Positions 63,251-64,000 of a stretch of DNA of 64,000 nt are shown piece after piece. Positions within the stretch are counted from its first letter, which is position 1, and each line of letters starts with the position of its first letter. The DNA lies in assembly GCF_964204645.1 (NCBI RefSeq), contig NC_134033.1, positions 9,618,655 to 9,682,654 on the forward strand, in the 5' to 3' direction. The notes below the pieces were generated by a model, which was not told where the DNA came from, did no database searches, and worked only from the letters and a program-made list of their open reading frames with translations. The position numbers and the translations under genes were made by a program. The DNA is from Tubulanus polymorphus (lineage: Eukaryota; Animalia; Nemertea).

Positions 63251-63604
63251 ATGGAGAGTACCCAACCACACAGTGAGAACAACAAATCATTTCTAGATAG
63301 AATAAAAGATACTTCAAATTTCAAATCAGTAGATTATAAATTTAAGAAATTAAAAGAATTAACAATCCAAAAGAAATATCTAATTACAAATATTGATACA
63401 GTTACTAACAAATATGGAGATAAATTAGTTATCCACTTAGAATATGAAGGATTAAAAGGAAATACATATAAATTCAGAACATATTTACCGGATAGATTTC
63501 ATAGATTATCAAGTGAAGATTTAGAAGAATTATGTTCTGGAGATTTGTATTTCATATACAAAGGTAAAAATGAAAAAGGGCACCATGAAATAGATTTCGA
63601 ATAA
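63251..63604 (+). CDS. Small conserved Polinton-like protein downstream of pPolB (117 aa, intact)
   Basis: Uninterrupted ORF with a close homologue at 16274-16546; beta-rich pattern FKKL.EL...YLI...TNKYGDKLVI.L...FRTYLP.RF...FIYKG. Confidence 0.8.
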   Translation: MESTQPHSENNKSFLDRIKDTSNFKSVDYKFKKLKELTIQKKYLITNIDTVTNKYGDKLVIHLEYEGLKGNTYKFRTYLPDRFHRLSSEDLEELCSGDLYFIYKGKNEKGHHEIDFE

Positions 63605-63621
63605 GAAAATATGTAAAATAA

Positions 63622-63960
63622 ATGGTAGAATTAAAAGAATATAGAATATTTGTTGATTCTAGAAGACTTACTAATTATTAATCACATAATTTACTAGTAC
63701 ACTTAGATAGAGAATTTAAGAATTGTGTTGATTTAAAATTAGTTAATGTAAGTTTATGTAACTCATTTTACAATATATCGAATAAAACTATTGAACATAG
63801 AGCCTTTTTAATTTTTGATAAAGGTAAAAATGAATGGTCCTATATATATTTAAAACCAGGGTTATATAATTTAGATACATTAGCACAAGAAATTAATAGA
63901 AAAGCCTGGCACAAGTCCGGGTTTAGTATTAGATTTCTAAAAAGTGATAGTTCTACGTTA
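63622..63960 (+). pseudogene. Minor capsid-like gene, N-terminal part, premature stop
   Basis: MVELKEYRIFVDSRRLTNY*SHNLLVHLDREFKNCVDLKLVNVSLCNSFYNIS is homologous to 15938-16204. Confidence 0.75.
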
Positions 63961-64000
63961 CATCAAACCATCTGACAGGCTACAATTCAGCTCAAACCAC

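Larger units (their letters stand above)
58736..64000 (+). mobile_element. Polinton/adintovirus-like element, copy C (palindrome, pPolB, small conserved ORF, minor capsid-like gene)
   Basis: Gene content and homology to copies A and B. Confidence 0.88.

Overview
AT-rich metazoan (probably invertebrate) nuclear DNA, dominated by nested mobile elements around one host gene. The host gene is a four-exon, single-domain rhodanese/thiosulfate sulfurtransferase (20226-40141, +) with a predicted mitochondrial presequence. It has two 163-nt, same-phase alternative third exons: one encodes the catalytic Cys loop (FYCLAGIRS) and the other does not (FYGQGPIKS). Three decayed pieces of a Polinton/adintovirus-like element are present: 1-5727 (+), 9575-16773 (-) and 58736-64000 (+). 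Together they carry pPolB, an rve-chromo integrase, a minor capsid-like gene and an HNH gene. Two of the pieces start with the same ~150-bp palindrome, whose arms differ between copies in a base-paired way. A decayed RAG1/Transib-type DDE transposase (~42150-44360, -) lies directly downstream of a spliced chromodomain gene and upstream of a third ORF; a TSD-flanked LINE sits in the chromodomain intron. Also present are two BEL/Pao retrotransposons with single LTRs, further Pao and Gypsy fragments, a THAP/Harbinger remnant, DINE-1-like Helentron-associated elements, MITEs, a 191-bp satellite and an exact 2208-bp tandem duplication. No rRNA, tRNA or CRISPR was seen. All calls come from reading the sequence by eye; no database searches were run.
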